NCBI RefSeq assembly: GCF_009914755.1
Contig: NC_060941.1
DNA length: 64,000 bases
Direction: 5' to 3' (one strand)
Source: the human T2T-CHM13v2.0 reference genome, Homo sapiens
Part shown: one piece after another, positions 30,223 through 45,827 of the stretch
Layout: every line of letters starts with the position of its first letter
How positions within the stretch are numbered: the first letter of the stretch is position 1
The notes under the pieces: generated by a model
The model's database searches: none
Told to the model about the DNA's origin: nothing
The model's input: the letters and a program-made list of their open reading frames with translations, nothing else
Program-made: the position numbers and the translations under genes

Positions 30223-33200
30223 TGCATGTAAATAAACAGGTTATTTTGTAATGTTTCGGGAAAAAAATCCCACAACAGATTTCATCTACTTTCAAAAAAA
30301 TGAAAAACCCCAAAGTATTTACAAAACGGCCATATGCACAGAAAACCAAATTTGAAAGATTTTTTTAAAAAAAGACCCTCCCCAGCTGCTCCTGATGTAC
30401 ATTTTTAAACTCAAAATTTAAAGCTCAGTTCTTATAGCTGAGCATGTTTCCCAATCTAGCTTCTGAGATGTTAAGTACTTCCTGCCCCTCCAAAACTAAC
30501 TCAAGGATAGAAATGTATGGGGGGCAGGGGAGGAGGGGAGAAGGAAAAAAAAATGAGATTGCCCAAGGATTGTGAATAATGTTTCGTATACTGACATCTT
30601 TAAGTGACTCAACTGTGGATACTGTATGACTCACTGGCTCCCTGAAAGGGCTTCTGAGAATTCATGATATTGCTGCACTTAATTTTCTGATCTAGGCCTG
30701 AAGAAAGAAAATCTTTCAAGAGTCACCAACCTCAAGCCTGGTTTTGGCAATTATATCCTGCGTTGTTTGTCCCCACCACCCCACCCCCCACCCGCTAAAA
30801 TACTTCTGTTTTAAGACACATTGATATTGAACCTGAAATCTTTATGTACATCAGAGCAGGTTATGACCAAGAACCCCTAATGTTAAGTCAAAAGACAGAA
30901 GAGGAATCAGGTCAAACTGAGAATACATAAGACACCAGCAGCAGAAGATAGGTAGAAGTTGACTTCATGTCCTTGCCTTCTTTTGAAACAGAAGAATGAG
31001 TACACCTAGACAGGAGGGAGGTGTCCCAGGCTTGGTTTATTCTGCCTCTTCTCCTCCACCCTGTGGAGAAATGCAGTGCTCCCTGGTTCTCAGGCAGGGT
31101 GAAGCAGTTTAGCCCCGGCTCCCTGTTAAGCAAGTTCAGATGCTGGGTCAGTGTGGGGGTGAGCCCATCGACAATTCAGGGGCTTATCCTTCATCCAGAT
31201 CCTAACTCGGGATTCTTTGATCTGGGATGAAGACAGAAAGAGAGAAAAGCTTCCCAGTTTACTCATTTTGGTATTTGTTGGCCCTGCATGGGGGAGCTGA
31301 GCCCATGATACTATTCAGTACATTCCCCCTAAGATTCTCCCCACTCAGAACAAATTTTAAAAACCACATAAATTTTTTTTTTTTTCCTGCAGAAACCAAC
31401 GGGATAGGATTCAAAACTAGGTGACAAACTCATGAGAAATCCAACCTGGCTGAATGTCTGAGAGGCTGCTACTGTATCAACATCACAAGATAAAGCACTC
31501 TGGTATCACCTGCCCATATCCTCCTTAGTGTCACCCAAGACATTTGACTCTGATGTGGTTAATTGATAACTTTTCTTGCTCCACTTTACAATGTTTTGTT
31601 TCCTACATCTTATTACCTTGGGACACAAAAGTGGCAGAGTTGTTGAGAGCTGATGACAATAAAAAGGAGAACACTAGAGGAAATGAGACAGGAAAGAAAG
31701 CCAAAGCTGATTTTCCAACTCTATGCTGACTCCAACCTGCAGAAAAAGCTGAATATAGAAATCTTCTTCCATATATGATGAAGTCACTCCACTTACGACA
31801 TAACACACAAAGGAATCACCTGGCTTTTTTTTTTTAACCCAGAAGAGTTGTGCTGGGGACCATGCCCCATCCCGCTGATACAGATCCTGAATGGAATAAT
31901 CAGGAATGGCACAGTGCAGGTGTCAATATCAAAGTAAGGCCGCAGAATTTTTGAGAGGACCCTCCAAATACTGAGAACTTCTGTTGCACTCGAAACAGTC
32001 TCCTGGATTTCTATATTTTTATGTGAAGGGCTCTTATTGATGTCCCCCAGAATCCAGACTCAGACCTATTTCTCCAAAAAGGTCCAATTGGGTTGCTACA
32101 TAGTAGCAAGGGTTTATCTTCATGCTCACCTAGCATTCCAGGCCCCCATTACTTCAAAAGTGAGCTTGAAATTGTTTTAAGTGAACTATGGCTGCGGATT
32201 TTTTACTGTTTTATCTCAGGGAGCATACAGTGGAGTGATTAAAGTTTGGACTCCTTCTCCTTGTGATGAAGAGAAACAGTGAGTCCAGCTCTTAGGAATG
32301 GCATCAGTTCTCCTGCAAACAAAATGCTGGGATGCAGACTTTTGGCACATTGTGGAAGTAGGAGAACTATTAATCCTGTAATGGTTTTCATGCCACTGGG
32401 TCAGGAAGGCTGTCCTACACTAAACCTTACTGCATCTGAAAACATGTTTACATCCCAACAAGCCACCTTAGCTTTTTTTTTTTTTTTTGAAAGGAAAATG
32501 AGATTACAAGTCAATACCTCCACAGAGAGGTAACTCCTAATATTCCTATGATCTCTGAACCCTATTTAAACCCTCCTAAAATAAAAATATCATTTTGGTT
32601 TTTCTATTATATTTAACTCTAAAGGCGGGCTCTGACTAATTTGCTTGGGCTTGATGCTACAGTATTAGCACAAGCTATAAGCTCCCTACCACCATATAAG
32701 CCTTGCTCTTCGGCCTTCCATCATTTTGAACCCTAAACCTCATAGATTTAGAACGAAACACTGTATAAAAACAAACAGATAAAGGGTTAAAATATTACAA
32801 ATAAATAGCTAAAATAATCTTCCCTCCCCCAGTCACTCCTAAGAAACAGACACCAAACATTACTTAAGTGTCCAAAATGACCAAAGTCCTTCATTTGCCC
32901 ATGACTCAAACGGACAACTACCTCAAACAAAGTTGAACAACCTTCATGCAAATGCATCAAGGAATGTATTGCTTTTTCATTTTCTGCCCAGCCCTTCATA
33001 TACATGCACTAAAATGAGTTTAAAACATGGCCTAAAAATGGAAAAAGGGAGAAGAAAATATATATGAATATTTCCCACAAAACTGTTTCCCTCCCTTCCC
33101 TCTCCCTACACCCCTCCCACCCCCCTCCCTTTCTTAAGCAAGTATTTTAACTTTCTTTCTGGCACAGGAACAAAGAAGACTTCCTGGTAACCAGAATCAA

Positions 33201-33387
33201 ACCCTGTGGTTTCTTTAATAGGGTCTGGATATGCCTTTCTAATTCACCCAGCTTGATGTCAAAGCCATGCCATTTAGGATTCTTAACCAAATCAGACCTG
33301 TCTGACTCACCCCTTATGGTGGTTTGCCTATAAACTTATCAATAGTTTTTTTTCCTCTGGCCCTGTTTCTTTTAGGAAATAAGGTTC
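30195..33387 (-). other. MED1: MED1 3'UTR (~3.2 kb; 3' end approximate)
   Basis: Repeat-free AT-rich stretch from the stop codon to AATAAA hexamers at 30217-30222 and 30179-30184 (minus strand). Confidence 0.8.
31191..31221 (-). CDS. MED1: Alternative MED1 terminal coding segment (short isoform C-terminus ...PG-SKNPELGSG*), reached from an internal donor at 36494/36493
   Basis: Strong acceptor cttttctctctttctgtcttcatcccag|A. Internal donor CCAGG|gtatgg in exon 17. Phase 2/2 compatible, giving a ~556-aa protein. This matches my recollection of an annotated short MED1 isoform. Confidence 0.75.
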
Positions 33388-36300
33388 CTAATTCCCAATC
33401 AGGGCCACATCCATAAGATCATCATCTTCCTCCCCAATCATAAAGTCTGGGCTGAGCCTTGAGGGTCTGTCTGCAGATAAGATTGTGTTACTTGTCATAG
33501 ACAAGGACTGGTCTGAAGAGATGGGTGATTTGGACCAACTCTCTGGCTTGATGCTATGAGATTTTTTCTTGTCTCGGTCTTTGTCCCGGTCTCGGTCCCT
33601 ATCTTTGTCTTTTACTTTCTTCTTTTCCTTTTTGTGCTTCTTATGTTTCTCTGTGCTGTATTCTGGAAGTGGTCGGATACCATCGTCTGAGCTGGGACTA
33701 TTCTGATAAGATTTCTCTGCTATGGAGGAGCCTGACTCACTTTCACTGTCCAGATTCTGGGGGGTATATGCTGGTGACTTACTATGGCTGGGAGAGCCAC
33801 GCTCATGCTTTGGAGTGGAACCACTGATGAGTGGAGAGCCATAGTTTTTAGAAGAAGCCATTTGAGGCCTAAGCCCTTCTCCACTACTTTCCCCAGGTTT
33901 CTGCAAAGTCACTTTGGCTTTAATGCTAGGGGAGCCTCCATCATGCTTACTGATGATAATTTTTGCCACACCTGTGCTCCCCACATTTTTTGACTCTGAG
34001 GTCTTCTTAGAAGAATCCACTGAACTCCCGGAGGTGGAAACCTTTGATTTGTCTTTATCACTTTTCTCACGCTTGCCCTGAAACTCTCCTCCTGACATGT
34101 TATGTTTGGAGGACATAGGATGGCTGGAAGAATTTGTGCTCACCCCCATCTGGCCGTCCAGTGGGTCTTCACCCCCAGGGCCACTGGTGACAACCCCATG
34201 CTTCAGTTTATCTATGACAGCTGTCAAGGACGGCTTCTTGTTTCTGCTGGGAGATTTTCCTTTAGAACTCCCATGCTGGTTCTGAGAGGATGACATGGAA
34301 GAGCCACTTGAGGAAAAGGAGGAGGAAGATGCCGTACAGGAATTAGATGATGGGGGAGTTTTCTGGGACAACGAGCCTGAGGATCCTAACCCTGAAGATG
34401 ACTTCATGCCAGAGCTTGAACTAGTTCCAGACATATGAGAACCACCAGAACCTGAACTGATAGGGGACTTGGCTTTAGAGGATGGAGGAGTTCCAGGAAC
34501 AGGCTTCATTGGAGAGGCAAGCTTGTCAGAGCCTCCAGGTGGCCTTGAATGAGAAGGGGATATGTTTGGTTTACTTAAAGAAGGATTCATAAGTGATGAT
34601 GGCTTTCCTTGAGGTTTCATCTTGGTGCTGCTAGAGCCACTGCTCAGTCCATGCTTGGTTATGGGAGAGGAGCCTGGCTTCCCCCCAGACTGGGATGAAT
34701 TTTTGGACTGGCTAGATCCAGAAGACCCCTGGCTAGAATACATACTGCTACTTAACTTGGAACTTGATGAACCTTCTGATTTACTGCTTTTCATCTTCCC
34801 TGAGGTGGAAGCAGATGAGGAAGAGGAGGAAGAATGGCTATGGTGGCTTTTGCTGCCTGAGGAAGACACAGAACCACTGCTGGTATACTGACTGTGAGAG
34901 GAAGGCTTGCCCACCATCACTGTTCCCTTAGGAATCTGAATAGTGATTTTGGGAATGGGTGGTGTGGCAACACCTGGGGGAGTCTGAGATCTTCCTGCAC
35001 TGCCTGGCGATTTAGATCCACCTGTACTGGTAGGTGGGGTAAAAGGTCTGTTAGAAGAACTATGAGATGGAGACTTTCCCTCAGTGTCTGCCTTCTTCCG
35101 CTTTGGAGGCTTATCTTTGCTTTTCCCATCATTAGAAGGGGTCCGACTGCGCTTCCCTGGTTTGCTGTCTAATCCGGGCCCCGAGAGAGTACTATTACTG
35201 GTGCCATTGCCTTCCTTTACCCTCTTTTGAGTCTTTTCTTTCCCTAAGTCCCCAGTGGTCAGTAAAGGACCCTGACTACCACTGTGATGCTCCATAAGAT
35301 CTGCAGGAGCTAAAGCTTTGCCGGCTACTGAAATAATACTGAAATCAACTGTGTCGGCTTGGTTATTGCCCTTAAACTTGGTCTCCCCATTATCACCTCC
35401 AAGCATTGGCACCCCCAAAGTATTTAGTGCCTGAGATGCAAATCCTTTGAAATCATCATTATCCCCACTTTGGCTGCTTTCATCAAAATATTCTTCTCCA
35501 AAACCACTTTGGCTCTGGCTGTTCAATAAATCAGGATTGAAATCTACTCCATCATGAAAAAAATGATTGGTAGGAGAGTCACTACTGGGGCTTCCAGCAG
35601 CATCTGCAATAAGATCAGCTGGATCAGTGTATGGATTTTCATTATTGTTAGTTTGAAAGACATCAGAGTCAAACAGGGTACTCTGAGAATGCCCAGAGCT
35701 TGAAGAATCTCGAAGAGGGGTGCCAATGGCTGGGCAATCATCACTAGTGCTGGGAAGTTTAGAAGCTTCTTCTGCAATGTCTGAAAGGATGTCAGTTACA
35801 TCTGGGCCAATGCTGTCTGAACTGGATAGTCGGACCATCCTTTGAATACTGGGTTGGGGGTGAGGTACTGGTTGTGGGTAAGTTGTTGGGGGAGTGCTAC
35901 ACTGGCTTGGAGCTGGAGTGATGTGTGGCGTATCCAGCGTGTCAGCTGTCATGTTGACATCAAAGATAGGGTTCTGTGAGTCAACATCCATTGAAAATAG
36001 CTCCCTCTGAAAGTCATCTTCAGTCTGGTGCTTTGGTTTCTCAGGTGGTAATCTTGATGACTTCTTTTTCTTGGTCTTGTTGCTCCCCGAGCATATTTCC
36101 ATGCGGGGTGAGCCGGAAGAGGAGTTCTGCCTTTCTAAAGGGCTGCTTCCATAAAGGGTTGAGAAATCCTGGGCAGGATTATCTTTAAGAAGGTTCATGA
36201 GCATCGGGTGGTTCTTGGTGTTGCCGGCCATCGAAGAGACAGGTGGCGGCGTGTGATGAGGAGGGGTCGGACTCGAGCCAATGGTAGACCCCCCGTTCCC

Positions 36301-36634
36301 TGTGATTTGCAACAAACTGGTAAGAATTGGGTTCTGAGACACCTTGCTGAAGTCCTCCCCATGGCCCACCGACTCATGCCGATCTTTGATGCTCATGCTC
36401 ATATTAAACAAGGTGGTAATGGGACCCCCCGGAAAGGTGTTGGTTGGTGTAGTGGTACCACTCATTGGGTTGTTGCCTGTGGTCATGCCATACCCTGGGC
36501 TGCTAGCCGGGGGCAGGTTCTTTTTCACCATGTCTTCAACTGTCTCTGCAATGAGGGACAGTGCTGGGGTGTCGGCTTGAATGGTTTCAGCTTTCCTCCG
36601 AATAGCCCTCATCGTCACAGGGATGGACATACAT
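33388..36634 (-). CDS. MED1: MED1 terminal coding exon (exon 17; 3247 coding nt, ~aa 500-1581), with nuclear-receptor boxes and Ser-rich disordered region
   Basis: Acceptor ttttgcag|A at 36634 continues QR-CMSIPVTMRAIRRKAE... to a TAG at 33388-33390 (…MDVALIGN*). LTSLL at 36310-36324 and LMNLL at 36187-36201 match the known L604 and L645 boxes. PFTPP (codon at 35040) and AYTPQ (codon at 33765) fall at the known phosphosites T1032 and T1457 under this numbering. Confidence 0.98.
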
Positions 36635-36930
36635 CTGCAAAATAAAGAAGAAAACAAAGTTAACATTGCAATAGCTGCTGAATGAGACCTGAGATTTAGA
36701 TATAACATCAGAGTTTTGCAGTAAGCAGTTTTCAGGTAGGGCAAATAATCTGTAAGACAAAAATAGTTCTATCAAATACCAGAGCTTTGGGTAAATACAT
36801 TCTAAAAATCTAACCCAACATAAAATTGTCAACCTCTTATGAATCACACAACAAAAGCAAACTATAAACAAGAGTCCAAATAATTGAATTTCAAACTTAA
36901 CTAAAAGAAAATTGGTAATAATGGAACTCA

Positions 36931-37248
<318 letters not shown>

Positions 37249-37649
37249 TTAGGTCGGGCGCGGTGGCTCACTCCTGCAATCCCAGCACTTTGGAAGGCCG
37301 AGGAGGGTGGATCACTTCGGGTCAGGAGTTTGAGACCAGCCTGGCCAGCGGGGTGAAACCCTGTCTCTACTAAAAATACAAAAAATTAGCCAGCCGTGGC
37401 GGTGCACAGCTGTAATCCCAGCTACTCAGGAAGGGTAGACAGGAGAATCACTTGAACCCAGGAGGCAGAGATCGCAGCGAGCCAAGATCGTCCCATTGCA
37501 CGCCAGCCTTGGTGACAGTGCAAGACTTCATTTCAAAGGAAAAAAGAAAATGTCGTCCTCTGGGGGGCTTCATATGGTAATTACAGGGATACATAATTTA
37601 TTTTAATTAAGGAACCATTAGAAAAATCTCCGCCGGTCAGAGTGGCTCA

Positions 37650-37969
<320 letters not shown>

Positions 37970-38159
37970 TTAATGACTTAGATCATCCCAAACCTACACT
38001 ATTATAAAAAGTGCTATTTCTGTTATAAATCTTGTTTATTTTAAAGCAAAGCACTTTTTATTTTCCAGATAAATTTATATTCATAAACCTCAGTTTGCAA
38101 ACGTTTTGCTCTAGAACATATGTCAGCAAATTTTTTTTTCTTTTTTTTTTTTTTTTTGA

Positions 38160-38467
<308 letters not shown>

Positions 38468-38746
38468 TGAGACAGAGTCTCGCTCTGTTATCCAGGCTGG
38501 AGTGCAGTGGCATGATCTTGGCTTACCGCAACTTCCGCCTCCCAGGTTCAAGCAATTCTCTGCCTCAGCCTCCCAAGTAGCTGGGATTACAGAAGCCCGC
38601 CACCACGCCCAGCTAATTTTTGTATTTTTAGTAGAGATGGGGTTTCACCATCTTGGCCAGGCTGGTCTTGAACTCCTGACCTCGTGATTTACCCGCCTCA
38701 GCCTCCCAAAGTGCTAGGATTACAGGGGTGACCCCCGCACCCGGCC

Positions 38747-38912
38747 GCAAATTTTTCTTATAAGGCCATATAGTAATCCGTTAGGCTTTGTAGGTCTTGT
38801 TTCCTGTTCACCTACTCTGCAATATTAACTAGAAATCTGCCACAGACATGTAAATGAACAGCAGTGTTCCAATAAAATTTATTTACAAAAATAGGCTGCC
38901 AGACCCAGCTGT
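38747..38912 (+). mobile_element. MER58-like hAT DNA transposon fragment
   Basis: ttaggctttg...gtgttccaataaaatttatttacaaaaataggc is typical of MER58. Confidence 0.55.
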
Positions 38913-38977
38913 AGAAAAATCTCAAAAAATTACATATTAATGGTTCTGGGATGCATACTGGCTTAACTATCACGTAA

Positions 38978-39355
<378 letters not shown>

Positions 39356-39811
39356 TAGAGATGACATCTCAACATGTTGGCCAGGCTGGTCTCGAACTCC
39401 TGACCTCAAGTAATCTGCCCGCCTTGGCCTCCCAAAGTGCTGGATTACAGGCATGCACTGCCACGCCCAGCCTAACATTTAAGTTGTGAAATCTGCTCAG
39501 GCAGACACAGTGGCTCACACCTGCAGTACCAGCTACTCAGGAGGTCTAGGTGGAAGGATAACCTGAACCTCGGAGGTCAACACTTCAGTGAGCCGTCATC
39601 ACACCACTGCACTCCAGCCTGGGTAACAGAGTGAGACTCTTGTCTCAAAATAAAAAAATAAAAGAATAAAAAGATAAAAATGTCACATCTATGAAGAATT
39701 GGCACACAGGATAGGTAAGAAAAATATCTGTATTTTATTATGGCTTTCTCCTGCCTTAAAGTACCATAATTCCAGGCCTGAAGTTACCTACTTTACTTCC
39801 CATTACTCTCA

Positions 39812-39991
<180 letters not shown>

Positions 39992-39994
39992 TCA

Positions 39995-40450
<456 letters not shown>

Positions 40451-40484
40451 TAGCCAGGATGGTCTCAATCTCCTGACCTCGTGA

Positions 40485-40730
<246 letters not shown>

Positions 40731-40926
40731 TGACTAATTTTTGTATTTTTAGTAGAGATGGGGGTTCACCATGTTAGCCAGAATGGTCTCAATCTTCTGA
40801 CCTCGTGATCCGCCTGCCTCGGCCTCCCAAAGTGTGGGGATTACAGGCGTGAGCCACCGCGCCCTACTCAACAACATTCTTTATACATCTCTAAATGGGA
40901 CTCAGATGAAAAAGGGCCAAGGCTAC

Positions 40927-41032
40927 CTTTGAACAACTTTGGCAATGAAGTCATCTGTGCAGATCAGTGCATCCGACAGCCCTTTGTAGAGTTTACAGCT
41001 CACATGTGTTGAGTCCTGCACATCCATTACCA
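40927..41032 (-). CDS. MED1: MED1 coding exon (exon 16, 106 nt): VMDVQDSTHVSCKLYKGLSDALICTDDFIAKVVQ(R)
   Basis: tttcag|TG ... AG|gtagcc. Phase 1/2. Separated from exon 15 by a 112-nt intron. Confidence 0.95.
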
Positions 41033-41144
41033 CTGAAAGACAAAATACATAGGAAATTGTTTTAGATTTAGCTTCTGACTTTTCCAAAAAAGACATAGGG
41101 ACCAAACCGCTCCATGAGAGGTGTTAGCCACCCACACAACTCAC

Positions 41145-41240
41145 CACACACCAGGGAGTCATTCACAGGGTGCTGAAAAGATACGCTGAAACGAGACTCT
41201 GAGAGAGGACACACTTCAAATTGGAGAAGCCCAGGAGAAT
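41145..41240 (-). CDS. MED1: MED1 coding exon (exon 15, 96 nt): [31 protein letters not shown](V)
   Basis: ttttag|AT ... TG|gtgagt. Phase 1/1. Lies within ORF 41068..41289. Confidence 0.95.
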
Positions 41241-41712
41241 CTAAAAGGCAAAGAGAAAGATCATAAAACAACCAAATATAAGACTTCACACAGGCTGGGC
41301 ACGGTGGCTCACGCCTGTAATCCCAGCAGTTTGGGAGGCCAAGGCAGGTGGATTACCTGAGGTCAGGAGTTCAAGACCAGCCTGGCCAACATGGCGAAAC
41401 CCCAACTCCACTAAAAAATAAAAAAAAGAGGCCGGATGCAGTGGCTCAGGCCTGTAATCCCAGAACTTTGAGAGGCTGAGGTGGGCTCATCACCTGAGGT
41501 CAGGAGTTCGAGACAAGCCTGACCAACATGGACAAACCCCATCTCTACTAAAAATACAAAATACAAAATTAGCCAGGCGTGGTGGCACATGCCTGTAATC
41601 CCAGCTACTCAGGAGGCTGAGGCAGGAGAATCACTTGAACCTAGGAGGCGGAGGTTGTAGTGAGCTGAGATCGTGCCACTGCACTCCAGCCTGGGCAAGA
41701 GTAAGACTCCAT

Positions 41713-41744
<32 letters not shown>

Positions 41745-43029
41745 GCCGGGTGTGGTGGCGCACACCTGTAATCCTAGCTACTCAGAAGGCTGAGACAGGA
41801 GAATCGTTTCAACCTGGGAGGCAAGGGTTGCAGTGAGCCGAGATCATGTCACTGAACCCCAGCCTGGGAAACAGAGCAACACTCTGTCTCAAAAAAAAAA
41901 AAAAAAGACTTCACACAAATAACATTCCTTAAATGTACAGACTGAAATTCTCTCTCCCTCCTTGGAAACTAAATCGCACACTTTTTTCACATACAAAACC
42001 TACTATATGTCATCCACAGATGACAGAAGGAATCAGATTCCAAGGAACCTGCCAGTTTGTTATAAATTTCTCCAGAACAAAAGTAGCTAGACTTTCAATT
42101 TTCCAAGATGAAGAAACTTAATCCCTAAAATGTAAAAGTGAATTCTGAAAATAAAAGTGGCCGAGTGTCTCATTCTACTTGATAAGCAGATATCCAGAAC
42201 CACTGCCATAAACTCTGCTTTCTATCAAGTGTTTGCAGCTGTTAGATGTGCAGCCCATAGTTTGGCAAGCAGAGATATAGAGGCTATAATCTAAAATAAT
42301 GTATTTATTCCACATATATCTAGCCATCATCATATGTTCTTATGCCAGATGTGCTAGCAGCCTAGACACAAGGATCATATACTTTCTTTGTAAAAAGCAT
42401 GCCTCTCTATAGGATTAGCTCCATAACTGCCTTATGAAAACTCATTTTTAAATGCCCTAAAGCTATCTGGAGACTTCTTAAGGCATTTTAACACATGAAA
42501 CAGAAGTGCCACAACTTTGAACATATATGCTCTATGTTATTACTCCAACTACTAAAAATTTCTCATTTCTAAAGCAATTTTTATTTCCATGAGAAGAATC
42601 TCCTGGCCCAGCACAGTGGCTCATGCCTGTAATCCCAACACTTTGGGACACTGAGGTGGGAGGAATGCCTGAGGCCAGGAGCTCAAGACTATCCTATACA
42701 ACATGGCAAGACCCCATCTCTACAAAAAAAATGTTGCTGTATAAATATGTACACTGAAATAAAAAGTATAATATAAATTTCTTTAAAATTTGATTAGATG
42801 TAGAGGTGCATGCCTATAGTCCAGCGACTTGAGGAGCCTGAGGGAAGAGTATCACTTGAGCCCAGGAGTTTGAGGCCAAAGTGAACTATGACTGTACCAC
42901 TGCTTTCCAATCTCGATAACAGAGCAAGACCCTGTATCAAGAAAAAAAAGTCCAGGCATGGTGGCTCACGCATGTAATCCCAGCACTTTGGGAGGCCGAG
43001 GCAGGCAGACCACTGAGGTCACGAGTTCA

Positions 43030-43263
<234 letters not shown>

Positions 43264-43366
43264 TCATGCCTGTAATCCCAGCACTCTGGGAGGCTCAGGC
43301 GGGCAGATCACGAGGTCAGGAGATCGAGACCATCCTGGCCAACACGGTGACACCCCGTTTCTACTA

Positions 43367-43591
<225 letters not shown>

Positions 43592-43877
43592 TTATTGTCT
43601 ATCACTGGCACTGACACATATCTATCAACAGAGCGCTTCTGACTTAAGATTTTTAAAATTAACTATGGTTAGCTAGAACAGCCAAAATTTACAGCAAAGC
43701 TTCTAATAGCCAACTGTCTTTGAAAATCATCAGCATTTACGCCGGGTGCCATGGCTCACGCCTGTAATCCCAGCACTTTGGGAGGCCTAGGAGGGTGGAT
43801 CACGAGGTCAGGAGTTCGAGACCAGCCTGGCCATGATGGTGAAACCCCATCTCTACTAAAAAAAATTTAAACAATTA

Positions 43878-44111
<234 letters not shown>

Positions 44112-45301
44112 TCAGAACTAAACCTGGGAAGCACTCTCCTAACAACCTAAAATTTAACCTAAAACTGGCCAAGCACGGTGGCACCTATTATCCCAGCACC
44201 TTGGGAGGCCTAGTCAAGAGGATCGCTTCAGCCCAGGAGTTACAGACGAACATGGGCAACATAGAGAGAGACCCTGTCTCTACAGAAAAAATTAGCCAGG
44301 CTTGGTGGTACATGCCTATAGCCCCACCTACTTGGGAGGCTAAGGCAGGAGGATCGCTTGAGCCAAGGAGGTAGAGACAGCAGAAAGCTGTTATCATGCC
44401 ACTGTGGTTCAGTCTGGGCAACAGAGTGAGACCCTGTCTCAAAAAAAAAAAAGCCTCTCTCACTACAGCATTCCAAGTTCTACCTTATGTATATCTGCTA
44501 CAGGGTACAGCCCCTAAAATACCCAGTTACATTACTATGTTCAGAAAAAGAGTTAAGAACATTGCAAAAAGCAGTGGTCTCCAAATGCTAGTCTACAGAC
44601 TGGTTCCATCAAAATGATTTGTGGAGTTTAGATTCCCAACTCTTCCCACTGAGATTATCATTCAGTTCATCTTCGTGTGGAAACACAGCATCTGTGATTT
44701 TTTTTTTTTTTTTTGAGAGGGAGTCTCATTCTGTCACCCACACTGGAGTACAGTGGCATGATCTAAGCTCAGTGCAACCTCCGCCTCCTGGGTTCAAGTG
44801 ATTCTCCTGCCTAAGACTCCCAAGTAGCTGGGACTACAGGTGTATACCACCACACCCAGCTAATTTTTGTATTTTTAGTAGAGACTGGGTTTCACTAGTT
44901 GGCCAGGATGGTCTCAATCTCTTGACCTTGTGATCTGCCCACCTCGGCCTCCCAAAGTGCTGGGATTACAGGCACAAACCACTGCACTCAGCCTGGTGTT
45001 TTGTTTTTGATTCAGGGTCTTACTGTGTTACCCAGGTTGGAGTGCAGTGGTGCAATCTGAGCTCACTGCAATCTCTGCCTCCCAGGCTCAAGCGACAATC
45101 CTCCTGCCTCAGGATCCCGAGTAGCTGGGACCACAGGCGCACACCACCACAACTGGCTACTTTTTTCTAGAGATGGGGTTTTGCCATGTTCCTCAGACCG
45201 ATCTCAAATCATGGGCTCAAGTGATTTGCCCACCTTGGCCTCCCAAAGTGCTGGGATTACAGGCGTGAGCCACCACACCTGGCCATCATCTGTAGTGTTA
45301 A

Positions 45302-45541
<240 letters not shown>

Positions 45542-45625
45542 TGATTCTGATGGGCCACCAATTAAAGAACCACTGGAGAAGTAAGTTTCCATCTTCCAGT
45601 AAGCATATCAAAGGAAAGGCAGTAC

Positions 45626-45827
45626 CTTCTTTCAGAATAGTTCTTTTGACACAGCTTCCAATGAGGGTGTTATAGGCCACTTGGTGTCTGATCAGATTTA
45701 GGATAAGAGGAACTCGGCCAGGGTGCTGAAAGGTGATTTTGCTAACAAGGGTTCCCTGTAGACTTCGGCCATCTGGAAGAGGAGCATCCTTGTTGAGGAA
45801 ATAGCAGTGCTGCTGACCAGGAAGAGC
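45626..45827 (-). CDS. MED1: MED1 coding exon (exon 14, 202 nt): ALPGQQHCYFLNKDAPLPDGRSLQGTLVSKITFQHPGRVPLILNLIRHQVAYNTLIGSCVKRTILKE(D)
   Basis: gcccag|GCT ... AG|gtactg. Phase 0/1, open frame. Confidence 0.95.

Noticed and set aside
33784-36645. Plus-strand ORFs antisense to MED1 exon 17
   Set aside because: Shadow frames of a biased Ser/Gly/Pro-rich coding sequence, with no independent support.
36635-36744. N-terminal ~37 aa (MPYLKTAYC...) of the 1118-aa ORF
   Set aside because: Lies upstream of the exon-17 acceptor, so it is intronic read-through of the open frame and not part of MED1.
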